Of a stretch of 64,000 bases of DNA, positions 20,371 to 29,910 are shown piece after piece. Numbering within the stretch: the stretch's first letter is position 1; every line of letters starts with the position of its first letter. This DNA comes from Escherichia phage ECML-123-2: sequence record OL631480. One strand, written 5' to 3'. The notes under the pieces are model-generated. The model saw only the letters and a program-made list of their open reading frames with translations, had not been told where the DNA came from and ran no database searches. Made by a program: the position numbers and the translations under genes.

Positions 20371-20380
20371 ATTTTGCTTT

Positions 20381-20632
20381 TCATTCCTTCTCTCTGATGA
20401 TAATTACTTGATTTGGCTGTGCAGACTTTTTAGTTTCACCCGCAATTGACCAAATAAATGTAATAAACCAACCAATAATTGACCAGTTAAACAGTAAAGA
20501 TGTGAAAAAGATTCCTACTGTCGATTTTGACCCACGCATCAAGGCGATGAACCATGGAAGCATGTATATAATAATAGCCAACACACCTGAAACTAAAACC
20601 ATAAAAATTGAACCTGCTACTAAAGTTTCCAT
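20381..20632 (-). CDS. imm: Imm, membrane protein for immunity to superinfection
   Basis: 83-aa two-TM protein between 42 and 43, same size as T4 Imm. Confidence 0.8.
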   Translation of the reverse strand: METLVAGSIFMVLVSGVLAIIIYMLPWFIALMRGSKSTVGIFFTSLLFNWSIIGWFITFIWSIAGETKKSAQPNQVIIIREKE

Positions 20633-20639
20633 GTTTTCC

Positions 20640-21020
20640 TCACTTAGTCAAATTTTTTACACATGAATTATAAGAATTCACTACATACTCCATCGGAGCA
20701 TTTTTACCAGTACGCCATTGGTAATTATTAGCCCAATTAGCCCAAATTTCGGCGCAGTAGTTTTCAATTTTTTCTTCGCGTGTAATTACATCAGAATTAC
20801 GATATGCTTGAGCAGATTCATCTGGACGAATAGCTTCGTCAAAATTCGCCTGCATTTGTTCGACTGTTTGCTTTGGAGCTTCTTTATAACACTTGACATT
20901 AGGATTATAAAACTTGCTTGAACAGTTTACAATTTTTCCTGCATCAGACTGATTTACTACCGGTCCTTGAGCTACACAACCAGTAAGACCTAATGCAATA
21001 ACCAAAATAGCGATTTTCAT
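20640..21020 (-). CDS. predicted lipoprotein (imm.1 position)
   Basis: 126 aa with MKIAILVIALGLTGC lipobox signal. Confidence 0.6.
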   Translation of the reverse strand: MKIAILVIALGLTGCVAQGPVVNQSDAGKIVNCSSKFYNPNVKCYKEAPKQTVEQMQANFDEAIRPDESAQAYRNSDVITREEKIENYCAEIWANWANNYQWRTGKNAPMEYVVNSYNSCVKNLTK

Positions 21021-21030
21021 AATAATTTCC

Positions 21031-21279
21031 TCAAATGCAAGTAGTAATTACTCCAGTAGTGCTTATGCAGGTATTACCCATTTGCACACCTAAAGATCCA
21101 TTTGTATTCACATGAAGATTATCATCAATTTTAACTGATATTTTACCATTAGTGTGAATAACGGTGCTAGATTCAATCACAGGTTGAGTATCATTTTCAA
21201 CACTAACAAATGGAACTGCTGCTAATGCAACTAAACAAACTGCTAAGCATCCCATAACAATTTTCATTTCATTCTCCAA
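21031..21279 (-). CDS. small secreted/membrane hypothetical protein
   Basis: 82 aa with hydrophobic N-terminus; early promoter directly upstream. Confidence 0.55.
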   Translation of the reverse strand: MENEMKIVMGCLAVCLVALAAVPFVSVENDTQPVIESSTVIHTNGKISVKIDDNLHVNTNGSLGVQMGNTCISTTGVITTCI

Positions 21280-21304
21280 ATCCGTATCAGTAGTTGATAG
21301 TTGT

Positions 21305-21334
21305 ATAGTACCATAGAAGAACAGGGATGTAAAC
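21305..21334 (-). promoter_or_regulatory. T4-type early promoter (conserved family member)
   Basis: minus GTTTACatccctgttcttctatggTACTAT with conserved upstream ATTCCCTAAAAATTTTTTCACAAAACT. Confidence 0.5.
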
Positions 21335-21417
21335 AGTTTTGTGAAAAAATTTTTAGGGAATCCAAAGGGTCCAGAATCATCTCTTTTTCATAAGTATAGA
21401 TTTATATTACTTGTATG

Positions 21418-21442
21418 AAAAAGGGACCTGGAGGTCCCTAGA
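21418..21442 (-). terminator. terminator after gene 43
   Basis: minus agggaccUCCaggtccct followed by tttt. Confidence 0.55.
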
Positions 21443-21451
21443 TTTATTCTA

Positions 21452-24148
21452 TCAGCCAAACAGGAAGTCTAACGAAGCTTTTTCTTCATAGTCCATGCCA
21501 GCCGATTCACACATACCCGCAAGCGGTTTAACAAACGATTTTTGGAACAAAGTTGAGTGGTCAATCCAAGATAGCACATCAGAACGAATTTCTTTTGGAA
21601 GTTCTGTACCCGATGGCCAAGCAATGCACTTGTCACCAAATGGATTTCCTTCACGTAATGGAAGAACCATTACTTTATTTCCATCCAAAATTGGAGCTAC
21701 ACCCAGACCACTAACAGCTCGACGATAAGTTAGCACACCGCGAATATGGAACGGGCATTTAAATCCTGGCCAACCTTTATCATCATATTTCGCTATATCG
21801 TTCGCAGTTTTTACTTCAGCAATAACTTTATAGTCAAGTTGACGATATTCTTTCTCGAAGTTCTTGTAGTATTCTTGGACAGACTCTTCACCTTCTTGAA
21901 GAATACGACGAATACTTTCTTCGAGAGCTTCTTGCACTGCTTTTGGTGTTGAACTCTGCTGAGTTTCCATACCCATGATTTTTAGATGCGGTTCAGCAAA
22001 TCGTTTATCTTCCATATCATAAACGTTCAGAGCATAACGCTTTTTCGCTTTCCAAAATCCACCAACACCCTTTGAACCAAGTGGAGGGCAAGAAATAGCT
22101 TCACGGTCCATATGCATCAGATGCTCGCGGTTATTCATATAATCACATAACTCACGATATGCAACATCAATCATAGGTTCCATCTTTTTCTTACCGAACT
22201 GATTCATGAATTCAACTAAATCGTTCTGCTCTTTGAATCGGTCAAGACCAACTTTTTCAATAACTTTATCTACACAAACATATACCGAATCAGTATCACC
22301 TGCTGCGATGAAATCTTCGCCATTAGTTCCGCATACTTTATTCAGATATTCATTAATTTTACGAGCAATCCACTGAATACCAACTTGGCCGAAAATTGTG
22401 ATAGCAGTAGCATTTCGCAAATCATAGTAACGGAAATGAATATTACCAAGAGCACCATAAAGACTGTTAATAAGAATTTTACGGTTCAGCTGATTTGTGT
22501 TAGCAAGTGTAGCTGCTTTTTCACATTCTTCGATCAGACTATTAAGAACAGATTCAGTATAATTCGATAGTTCATTTAAGAAATCATCACTGAACTTAAC
22601 ATATCGTTCAACTTCTGGTTTAGTTGAACAAGACCCTGCGCCTTTCATAATAATCTTTTTAATAGCTTCGGCATTCATTTCTTCAGCGAACATTTTCTTT
22701 TTCCAGTCTTTACGCTGGAAAAATACTTTAGCGATTTCCTTTGGAATGATACCTTCTTGATGTTTATCATACATCCATCCATTCGGAGAACAAGAATATT
22801 CATCACTCGGTTTAGGAGCTGTTCCTGCGATATATTCATGAATTGGATGAACTTTAAATTGTCCACGAATAGTTTCAGGACTAATGTTAACCTGACGAAT
22901 AATGCTAGGATATAGAGACGTCAAGTCAAAACTCATAATATATCGACGAGCAATTGGTTTAGGTTCAAACACAAATGCACCCGGAAAACTTTGTTTAACG
23001 TGCGAACCTTGTTGAGGAATAACCTTATGTTCACCTTTCAATGAGTTAAAAATAATAGCATCCCAGGTTTTAATAGGACTCATTACACCAGAAAAAGGCA
23101 TTTTAGCATAATAAGACATACTTAAAACTAGATCGATAAACCCGCGAATTTTATCAATTGCTTGAACTGATTCTACGTCAATGATGTTATAACTAATGTA
23201 TCGTTGATGATTAGTCTCACGAAGTTTATTAATAGGACCATCATACGGTAATTTACCTTTTTTGGTTTCATGTTGAGCAACTGATTCCAAAGAGAATGAC
23301 GGCAAATTAGTAAAAGCGAATTTCTTGTACAAATCTAAATAATCAAGAATAGATACGCCATCAATAGAATAAATTTCTTTGCTACCGTACATATTTTGAA
23401 TTAGTTTAGATTTTACTCGACCGATTGGAGAGAAGCGTTTCATACTACGTTCACCGAGAACCATTTTAACACGATTCATGATATACGGAACGTCAAATCC
23501 CTCAATATTCCAACCAGTAAAAATAGCAGGTCGTTTCTGTTCCCAGAGATTGATATATTCCATGAGCATATCACGCTCATTATCGAATGGCATATAAATT
23601 ACTCGGTCAAGAATTTCTTGAGGAACTTCATCACCACCTTCACAGTCAAGCTTAGCAGCTAACTTTGCATCCCATTTTGATACTGAACCGTACATTGAAT
23701 TCAAAAGGTCGAAAACATAAAAACGATCATCAATTGAATCATAATGAGTGATAGCATCAATTTCATATTCTGCTTTCATTGGGTCAGGAAATTTATCACC
23801 AGTAACCTCAATGTCACAGTTAGCTACACGAACAAATTTTCGGTCATAAACAATTTCTGAACCATATGTATCACTGATATAAGCGAGTTTAAAATCGTTC
23901 ATACCGAGAGCTTCGAGACCGATGTCTTCCATTCGTTTCATCCAATCTCGAGCATCTTTCATTGATGGAAATTTTTGAGGAGCGCAGTTTTTACCATAGA
24001 TGTCTTTGTATTTTGACTCTTCCTTACAATGCCTAAACATAGTCGGAAGATATTCTACTTCACGAGTACGTTCCTTTCCGTTTTCATCAATATAACGTTC
24101 AACAATGTTATTTCCGACTGTTTCAATAGAGATATAAAATTCTTTCAT
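21452..24148 (-). CDS. 43: DNA polymerase gp43 (family B)
   Basis: 898 aa, exonuclease and polymerase motifs; same size as T4 gp43. Confidence 0.97.
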   Translation of the reverse strand: MKEFYISIETVGNNIVERYIDENGKERTREVEYLPTMFRHCKEESKYKDIYGKNCAPQKFPSMKDARDWMKRMEDIGLEALGMNDFKLAYISDTYGSEIVYDRKFVRVANCDIEVTGDKFPDPMKAEYEIDAITHYDSIDDRFYVFDLLNSMYGSVSKWDAKLAAKLDCEGGDEVPQEILDRVIYMPFDNERDMLMEYINLWEQKRPAIFTGWNIEGFDVPYIMNRVKMVLGERSMKRFSPIGRVKSKLIQNMYGSKEIYSIDGVSILDYLDLYKKFAFTNLPSFSLESVAQHETKKGKLPYDGPINKLRETNHQRYISYNIIDVESVQAIDKIRGFIDLVLSMSYYAKMPFSGVMSPIKTWDAIIFNSLKGEHKVIPQQGSHVKQSFPGAFVFEPKPIARRYIMSFDLTSLYPSIIRQVNISPETIRGQFKVHPIHEYIAGTAPKPSDEYSCSPNGWMYDKHQEGIIPKEIAKVFFQRKDWKKKMFAEEMNAEAIKKIIMKGAGSCSTKPEVERYVKFSDDFLNELSNYTESVLNSLIEECEKAATLANTNQLNRKILINSLYGALGNIHFRYYDLRNATAITIFGQVGIQWIARKINEYLNKVCGTNGEDFIAAGDTDSVYVCVDKVIEKVGLDRFKEQNDLVEFMNQFGKKKMEPMIDVAYRELCDYMNNREHLMHMDREAISCPPLGSKGVGGFWKAKKRYALNVYDMEDKRFAEPHLKIMGMETQQSSTPKAVQEALEESIRRILQEGEESVQEYYKNFEKEYRQLDYKVIAEVKTANDIAKYDDKGWPGFKCPFHIRGVLTYRRAVSGLGVAPILDGNKVMVLPLREGNPFGDKCIAWPSGTELPKEIRSDVLSWIDHSTLFQKSFVKPLAGMCESAGMDYEEKASLDFLFG

Positions 24149-24185
24149 AGATATTCCTTAGTTTATAGCCCGAGTTATTAGGCTC
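24149..24185 (-). promoter_or_regulatory. gene 43 translational operator (hairpin plus SD bound by gp43)
   Basis: minus GAGCCUAAUAACUCGGGCUAUAAACUAAGGAAUAUCUAUG matches recalled T4 gp43 operator hairpin. Confidence 0.55.
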
Positions 24186-24206
24186 TTGATATATTATACT
24201 CCAAAT

Positions 24207-24226
24207 AAGGGGCCGAAGCCCCTTGC
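24207..24226 (-). terminator. UUCG-tetraloop hairpin upstream of gene 43 leader
   Basis: aaggggccgaagcccctt palindrome. Confidence 0.5.
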
Positions 24227-24448
24227 TTAAATTAGTACTATTTGTCGGTGAAAAATTGTCATTCCATCTGCATTAATTGACTTAACGACTGCAGTAAAGT
24301 GTTTTTGTTCTGGGTGAATTAATTTTTGAAATTCTACCTGAAATTTTAGTTGAAGGTTTTCTGGTAAATCGAAAAGTGTTTCTGTTGCAGAAAGATTATA
24401 TTTTTCTTTAAGAGACGCCATGTATTCTTGCGGAGTTATAGCAGTCAT
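24227..24448 (-). CDS. hypothetical protein (73 aa from internal ATG)
   Basis: ORF between regA and 43; ATG one nt after the regA stop. Confidence 0.4.
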   Translation of the reverse strand: MTAITPQEYMASLKEKYNLSATETLFDLPENLQLKFQVEFQKLIHPEQKHFTAVVKSINADGMTIFHRQIVLI

Positions 24449-24449
24449 A

Positions 24450-24818
24450 TTAATTACCAATCGTATATTTAGGAACGAGTTTCCATTCATGTTTTTGTTT
24501 AAAAGAAATAACTCGGAAATTATTAGTTAAATCTTTCATAAAAGTTCTTTGACCAGGAACGATTTCAATCAGTCCCCAATCTTCTAACAGCCATGCAATC
24601 GAATCACGACGAACTTCATCTTCTTCTGTCATTTCAACTTGGCAACCATCCATACGAAGCATTTCTTTAAAATGAACGATATAGTATAGTCCTTTTTTCT
24701 GAAGAATATGACAGGACTGATACAGAACTTTATCTTTATTATTAGCAATTCCCATACGAGTCAAAGTTTCTTTTACTTTCAGAAAATCTTCAGGTTTTTT
24801 AAGAGTAATTTCAATCAT
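24450..24818 (-). CDS. regA: RegA translational repressor
   Basis: 122 aa MIEITLKKPEDFLKVKETLTRMGIANNKDKVLYQSCHILQKKGLYYIVHFKEM... matches recalled T4 RegA. Confidence 0.92.
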   Translation of the reverse strand: MIEITLKKPEDFLKVKETLTRMGIANNKDKVLYQSCHILQKKGLYYIVHFKEMLRMDGCQVEMTEEDEVRRDSIAWLLEDWGLIEIVPGQRTFMKDLTNNFRVISFKQKHEWKLVPKYTIGN

Positions 24819-24819
24819 T

Positions 24820-25383
24820 TTACCATTCCAATGCTAGTTTTTTGAGTTGTTTCTGTTCTTTTACGTTCTTAGTCACTTCTTTCAAAAAATCATCCGTGAC
24901 TAAACCTTTTAGTTCTTTTAATACTAAAGGAAGTTTTCCATTTTTAGTAAGAATTGATTTATAGTTAATTGCATCATTTGTATTAACTTGATACCGCTTA
25001 GCAAGTAACTTAATAATCAATACTTCGGTGGAATCTTCAACCAGTTTTGCCCATTTACCATATCTTTTACCACGAGGAACTGCAGCCATTAGATAATTAA
25101 AATGAGCTTCATCACTTAATCCAGAACCGATTAAATTCATAGCATATACAGCTGGCATGCACTCTGGAAATTGTGATAATGCATTTTCAACCATGAATTT
25201 TGAATAATCTTTTTGAGCAATAGAGCATTTAGTTTTATTATTAATAGCTCCAATTATTTCAAAAAATTCATTTTCAGCTTTTTCTTTAAAAGAATCAGCA
25301 GCGGATTGGACAGCTGTCCAATCTTTTGAATACCAAGCAACTTGATGCTCGTTTAATTGAATATCATCTTCAAATAAGCTCAT
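24820..25383 (-). CDS. 62: clamp loader small subunit gp62
   Basis: 187 aa at the T4 position and size. Confidence 0.9.
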   Translation of the reverse strand: MSLFEDDIQLNEHQVAWYSKDWTAVQSAADSFKEKAENEFFEIIGAINNKTKCSIAQKDYSKFMVENALSQFPECMPAVYAMNLIGSGLSDEAHFNYLMAAVPRGKRYGKWAKLVEDSTEVLIIKLLAKRYQVNTNDAINYKSILTKNGKLPLVLKELKGLVTDDFLKEVTKNVKEQKQLKKLALEW

Positions 25384-25384
25384 A

Positions 25385-26344
25385 TCACTTCCACTGCATT
25401 TCGCATGCTAATTGAATGAAAAGATAAGCTAAATGCAATTCAGTATTAGCTGCAATACCATGATACTGATTATTTTCGCCTACAATTTCGTACATACGAA
25501 TAATACTCTGCGGAGTTACACGTGAATAGATTTCTTCGGCAAGTTTACCAACGAACCACGAATAATCAGCTGCATATTTTGGTGCTAAAGCTCTGAGTTG
25601 TTTAACATCTTTATTTTTGAGAGACTCAAGAACATCATCAATAGCACCACGATCGTTAGTAACCAGTGATAAAATACCAGCATCCAAAACACCTTTAGAT
25701 GAATAACTATCGAGCTCGCCAATAGTTTTACGAAAATCAGGAAAATTCTTTTTAACCAAAGCTGCTACAACTTTCATATCAGCTATAGCAATTCCTTCAT
25801 GCTTACAGATTTCAGTCAATCGACGAATCATCTGCTTCATCATTTCAATTTTATCTTCATCGGTCGGTTGACCGAATGTAATAACTCGGCAGCGTGACTG
25901 AAGCGGTTTAATAATACCATCAATATTGTTAGCAGTAATAATAATACTACAGTTTGAACTATAAGCTTCCATAAAGGAGCGAAGATGTCGCTGAGATTCT
26001 GCTAAACCTGAACGGTCAAATTCATCAATAACGATTACTTTTTGACGACCATCAAATGAAGCGGCGCTGGCAAAATTAGTCAAAGGACCACGAACGAAAT
26101 CAATTTTACAATCTGAACCATTCACAAACATCATATCAGCATTTACATCATGACACAATGCTTTTGCTACAGTTGTTTTACCTGTTCCTGGAGAAGGAGA
26201 ATGAAGAATAATATGTGGAATCTTACCTTTACTTGTAATAGATTTAAAGGTTTCTTTATCAAAGGCGGGAAGAATACATTCATCGATAGTAGATGGACGA
26301 TATTTCTGTTCAAGAATGTGTTCTTTTTCATTTACGGTAATCAT
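25385..26344 (-). CDS. 44: clamp loader large subunit gp44 (AAA+)
   Basis: Walker [11 protein letters not shown]; first ATG at 26344 gives 319 aa as in T4. Confidence 0.93.
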
Positions 26345-26376
26345 AATTTCCTCATTCAAGTTTTAGTGTAAATTAT

Positions 26377-26395
26377 AAAGGGCCGAAGCCCTCTA
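26377..26395 (-). terminator. UUCG-tetraloop hairpin between 45 and 44
   Basis: aagggccgaagccct palindrome. Confidence 0.5.
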
Positions 26396-27082
26396 TTAAA
26401 AATCATGGGTAGAATCAGCTTCAAGAGCTACTACATAATTCGCATGTTCACCTTCAAATTTAGCAGCGCCTTGTTTACCTTTTGCCCAAAGCAGAAGTTT
26501 ATAATTTCCTGGTTGCATTTTCATATTTGCCATATTGATAATGAAATTAAATGTGTTTTCACCATCATAATCACCAAGAGTCAAAGAATATTTAACACGA
26601 GTCAAAGCAGAATCTTCTACTTTATTAAAACCGTTAATTACGATTTTACCTTCTTTTACTGTGATAGCAATTGTATCAATCTGCAGACCGCGAGATACAC
26701 GCAACAGCTGTTGAAGGTCTTCAGCTTTAATTTCGGTAACAACAGATGCTACCGGGAATGGAATTGGTTTATTAGGAGCAACTACTGTACTCGGATCGGC
26801 TGCTGGCCAAAAAATTGTTGAACGGGCATCAGCAATTTTAATATTTCCATCTTCTGACTGGGAAATTTCTGCATCATCATTAACTAGCGACAGAATACCG
26901 AGAAAACCGTTCAAATCGTAAATTGCTACATCAAAATCAATAACGTCAGAAATATTTGCTTCCGCGTAAGTTGTACCATTAACTGCGCGAGTCATAATAA
27001 ATTGACCGGATTTAAGCATAATGCCAGAGTTAATAGTAGCGAAATTTTTAAGCAGAGCAGTAGTATCTTTAGACAGTTTCAT
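26396..27082 (-). CDS. 45: sliding clamp gp45
   Basis: 228 aa, same size and position as T4 gp45. Confidence 0.92.
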   Translation of the reverse strand: MKLSKDTTALLKNFATINSGIMLKSGQFIMTRAVNGTTYAEANISDVIDFDVAIYDLNGFLGILSLVNDDAEISQSEDGNIKIADARSTIFWPAADPSTVVAPNKPIPFPVASVVTEIKAEDLQQLLRVSRGLQIDTIAITVKEGKIVINGFNKVEDSALTRVKYSLTLGDYDGENTFNFIINMANMKMQPGNYKLLLWAKGKQGAAKFEGEHANYVVALEADSTHDF

Positions 27083-27137
27083 GTAATTTCCTTCAATTCA
27101 AATGAGATTTAATTTTATAACTAATTTAATAAAGCAA

Positions 27138-27527
27138 TTAACGATTAAAATCAGCCGCAATTGTTTCCGCAACAATTTGAGCAGCAACAATTAGACGTTC
27201 ATCTGCATTACCGCAATAATCATCTTCAAGACGTTCACCACATGAAGTCATAATAAATTTAGCACCGGCGTTTAGGGATTCTGTAGTATGTTTGCGCATT
27301 AGTTCAATCCATTTATTACTTACTTCACGATCGATAGCTTCATAATACGCATGACGAGCAGGTGCAGATTTAATTTTGTTCTGAATAACTTCCATTGCGT
27401 TATCAGAAAGAGACAAAACCCATGCTCGACGAATTTTATTTTGGTTTTGTGGATTTGATTCAGAACGCACGTGTTTTGGCTGAATATCTTTTACATCAAC
27501 AGTATAATTCACAGTAATTTTAGTCAT
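27138..27527 (-). CDS. rpbA: RNA polymerase binding protein RpbA
   Basis: 129 aa at the T4 rpbA position between 45 and 46. Confidence 0.75.
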
Positions 27528-27536
27528 AATACACCT

Positions 27537-27725
27537 TTAGTCATAATAATCAGTAACAGTCCAAGCTTCATTTCTATTGGACATTATTTTTGTATATTCT
27601 GCTTTAAATGCATTCCTAAGCATAGATTCAGTAACTATATGCTCTTCATTAGAAAAATTATTTCTCAGAATATATCGTTTTATTTCAGGAATAGTTAATA
27701 GATGCTGTCCGGTTGAATATTCCAT
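27537..27725 (-). CDS. hypothetical protein (45.2 position)
   Basis: 62-aa ORF. Confidence 0.5.
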   Translation of the reverse strand: MEYSTGQHLLTIPEIKRYILRNNFSNEEHIVTESMLRNAFKAEYTKIMSNRNEAWTVTDYYD

Positions 27726-27742
27726 GTTTTTCCTCCATAGAG

Positions 27743-27768
27743 ATTATACTCTAATAAATTAAAGCATA
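27743..27768 (-). promoter_or_regulatory. MotA-dependent middle promoter candidate
   Basis: minus aTGCTTTAa, 11 bp, TATAAT, upstream of 45.2. Confidence 0.45.
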
Positions 27769-27780
27769 ATCTCTTATAAA

Positions 27781-29463
27781 TTAAACCATTACAGTAAATC
27801 GACCAACTTTCTTCATTTGAAGATGCTGACCGTATGCTTGCGGGTCATGGTCTCTATGTGAAATAACAAAAACGTTAGTATTTTTTAAACTATCTAAAAT
27901 AGTTGAAATAGCTTTTACACCTTCAACGTCGGTCGCTGAATCAAAAACTTCGTCAAGAATTAACGTGTTTATTTTAACACCTGAAACTTTTTCAGCAATA
28001 TCACGCCAAGTAAATAAAAGAGCAATATCAATTCGTGCTTTTTCACCTTGACTGAATGAAGCATAACTAAAATCTTCGCGACCACGGGATTTAATTGTCT
28101 CATTAAATTCTTCATCTAATGTAAACACATAATCCGCTTCCATTATTTTAAGATAATGGTTAATCTGCTTATTAAATAATGGAATGTACTTTTTAATAAT
28201 AGCACCTTTAATACCAGAATCTTTGAGCATATCAGTCAAAATTCCTCGGTGGTATTTTTCCATTACTAAATTAGTTTTTGTCTTAACAATTTTATCAAGT
28301 TCTTCTTGAAGCAGTGCTATTTCATCAGCATGGTCAATAAACTCAGAAGATGCTTTTTCTATAGCCGCTTTAACCTTTTTAGCTTTATCTACTGCTGCGA
28401 TCAGAGATTGCTTTTTATTGCGAATATCATTTGCCAACGACTGTTGGGTTTTAATATTATCTCGGTATTCATCAACAAGAACTTTTAAATTATCACGATG
28501 TGTTGAAAGCTGTTCAAACGAATGCGTACATTCAGAAACTTTATCTTTAATTTTAGAAACAACTTTATCACCGGAACTCAATTGTGACAAACAGGTTGGA
28601 CATAATCCACCTTCGTGATACATATTAATGACTTTATTATACGAGTCAATTTTTGATTTAATTAAAACTGCTTCTTGACCGATTTTATTAAATGCATCAG
28701 TCGGGTCTTCATCTAAAACAATATTAACTAATCTTTCATTAGCTTCTTCTATTTCCGATTTTAGCGTTCTAGCTTCTTTTGCCAAATCATCATACATATT
28801 TTGCAGACGAGTAAGATTGTCACCCGTTAATTTTTTCTGGCGTTCAACGTTATCATTATATATTTTAATTTGTTGGATAATACTATCTTTTTTAACGTCA
28901 AGCACTTGGTTTTGTGAATTTAATTCACGTATTAGTGCTTTATTAAGCTTATCCATTTCAGCTAATGTTCCTACCTCAAGTAGGTCTTCCACAAGCTTTC
29001 TTCGCGCAGGGGTCGACAAACCCATGAAAGGGGTATACCCTGCTGTACCAAGGACAACAATCTGCTTGAAACTGGCATATGACATTCCGATAAGCTGTTC
29101 AAATTCTGCTTGGAAATCTTTACTGCTGGCAGATTCATTAAGACGTGTACCGTTAACGGTGATTTCAAAAACGTTCGGCTTTTGTCCTCTTTTGATATAG
29201 TACTTTTTCTCATCATATTCCATCCACAGTTCAACTAAAAGTTCTTTCTTATTTGTGCTGTTTATTAATTGGCCTTTCTTTACATCACGAAATGGCTTGC
29301 CAAAAAGCCCAAATGTGATGGCTTCTAACATAGTAGACTTACCACCGCCATTTCGTCCAGTAATAAGAGTTTTTTGAACCTTATCTAATTGAATGTCAAT
29401 AGGATTTCCACCTACTGACATTATATTTTGATACCTAACTCGGTTTAGTTTAAAATTCTTCAC
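27781..29463 (-). CDS. 46: recombination nuclease subunit gp46 (Rad50/SbcC-like ATPase)
   Basis: 560 aa, Walker A GRNGGGKST, long coiled coil, Walker B LILDEVFD. Confidence 0.93.
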   Translation of the reverse strand: MKNFKLNRVRYQNIMSVGGNPIDIQLDKVQKTLITGRNGGGKSTMLEAITFGLFGKPFRDVKKGQLINSTNKKELLVELWMEYDEKKYYIKRGQKPNVFEITVNGTRLNESASSKDFQAEFEQLIGMSYASFKQIVVLGTAGYTPFMGLSTPARRKLVEDLLEVGTLAEMDKLNKALIRELNSQNQVLDVKKDSIIQQIKIYNDNVERQKKLTGDNLTRLQNMYDDLAKEARTLKSEIEEANERLVNIVLDEDPTDAFNKIGQEAVLIKSKIDSYNKVINMYHEGGLCPTCLSQLSSGDKVVSKIKDKVSECTHSFEQLSTHRDNLKVLVDEYRDNIKTQQSLANDIRNKKQSLIAAVDKAKKVKAAIEKASSEFIDHADEIALLQEELDKIVKTKTNLVMEKYHRGILTDMLKDSGIKGAIIKKYIPLFNKQINHYLKIMEADYVFTLDEEFNETIKSRGREDFSYASFSQGEKARIDIALLFTWRDIAEKVSGVKINTLILDEVFDSATDVEGVKAISTILDSLKNTNVFVISHRDHDPQAYGQHLQMKKVGRFTVMV

Positions 29464-29723
29464 AAAAGATTCCTTTTAATGTATCTTTTAGACCATTCTA
29501 TCATATCATCATAATCTAAAAAGTATTCATCAAATTCAGCCATGCAAACAACGCCTTGTGCTGTTTTTGATGTAATATAAATTATTCCAACATATCTAGA
29601 ATCTTCTTCGGTATAATCAATGTTTGCTATGAATTCATCATTAATGTCAAATGTCGAAAACTTCACAGTATGCATCCTTAATACAAGATACGGCCATATC
29701 TCGTAATGATTTAGGTGTGTCAT
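29460..29723 (-). CDS. hypothetical protein (46.1 position)
   Basis: 87-aa ORF; start uncertain because of overlap. Confidence 0.5.
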   Translation of the reverse strand: MTHLNHYEIWPYLVLRMHTVKFSTFDINDEFIANIDYTEEDSRYVGIIYITSKTAQGVVCMAEFDEYFLDYDDMIEWSKRYIKRNLL

Positions 29724-29910
29724 TATCTAAAATGTTGAAGTTAAAGGATACAGCCCAGTCAGTGCAGACCGTAACCTTTTTAATACAATTATCTTCAACC
29801 TCTAGCGGTTCAAACCAATATTCAATAATTTCTTTATGCCCAATATCATCTTTTACTTCGCATTCAAAATGCTGACTCATCATAACATTTTTAAATTCAT
29901 CAAAAGTCAT
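29647..29910 (-). CDS. hypothetical protein (46.2 position)
   Basis: 87-aa ORF; start may be an internal Met. Confidence 0.5.
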   Translation of the reverse strand: MTFDEFKNVMMSQHFECEVKDDIGHKEIIEYWFEPLEVEDNCIKKVTVCTDWAVSFNFNILDNDTPKSLRDMAVSCIKDAYCEVFDI

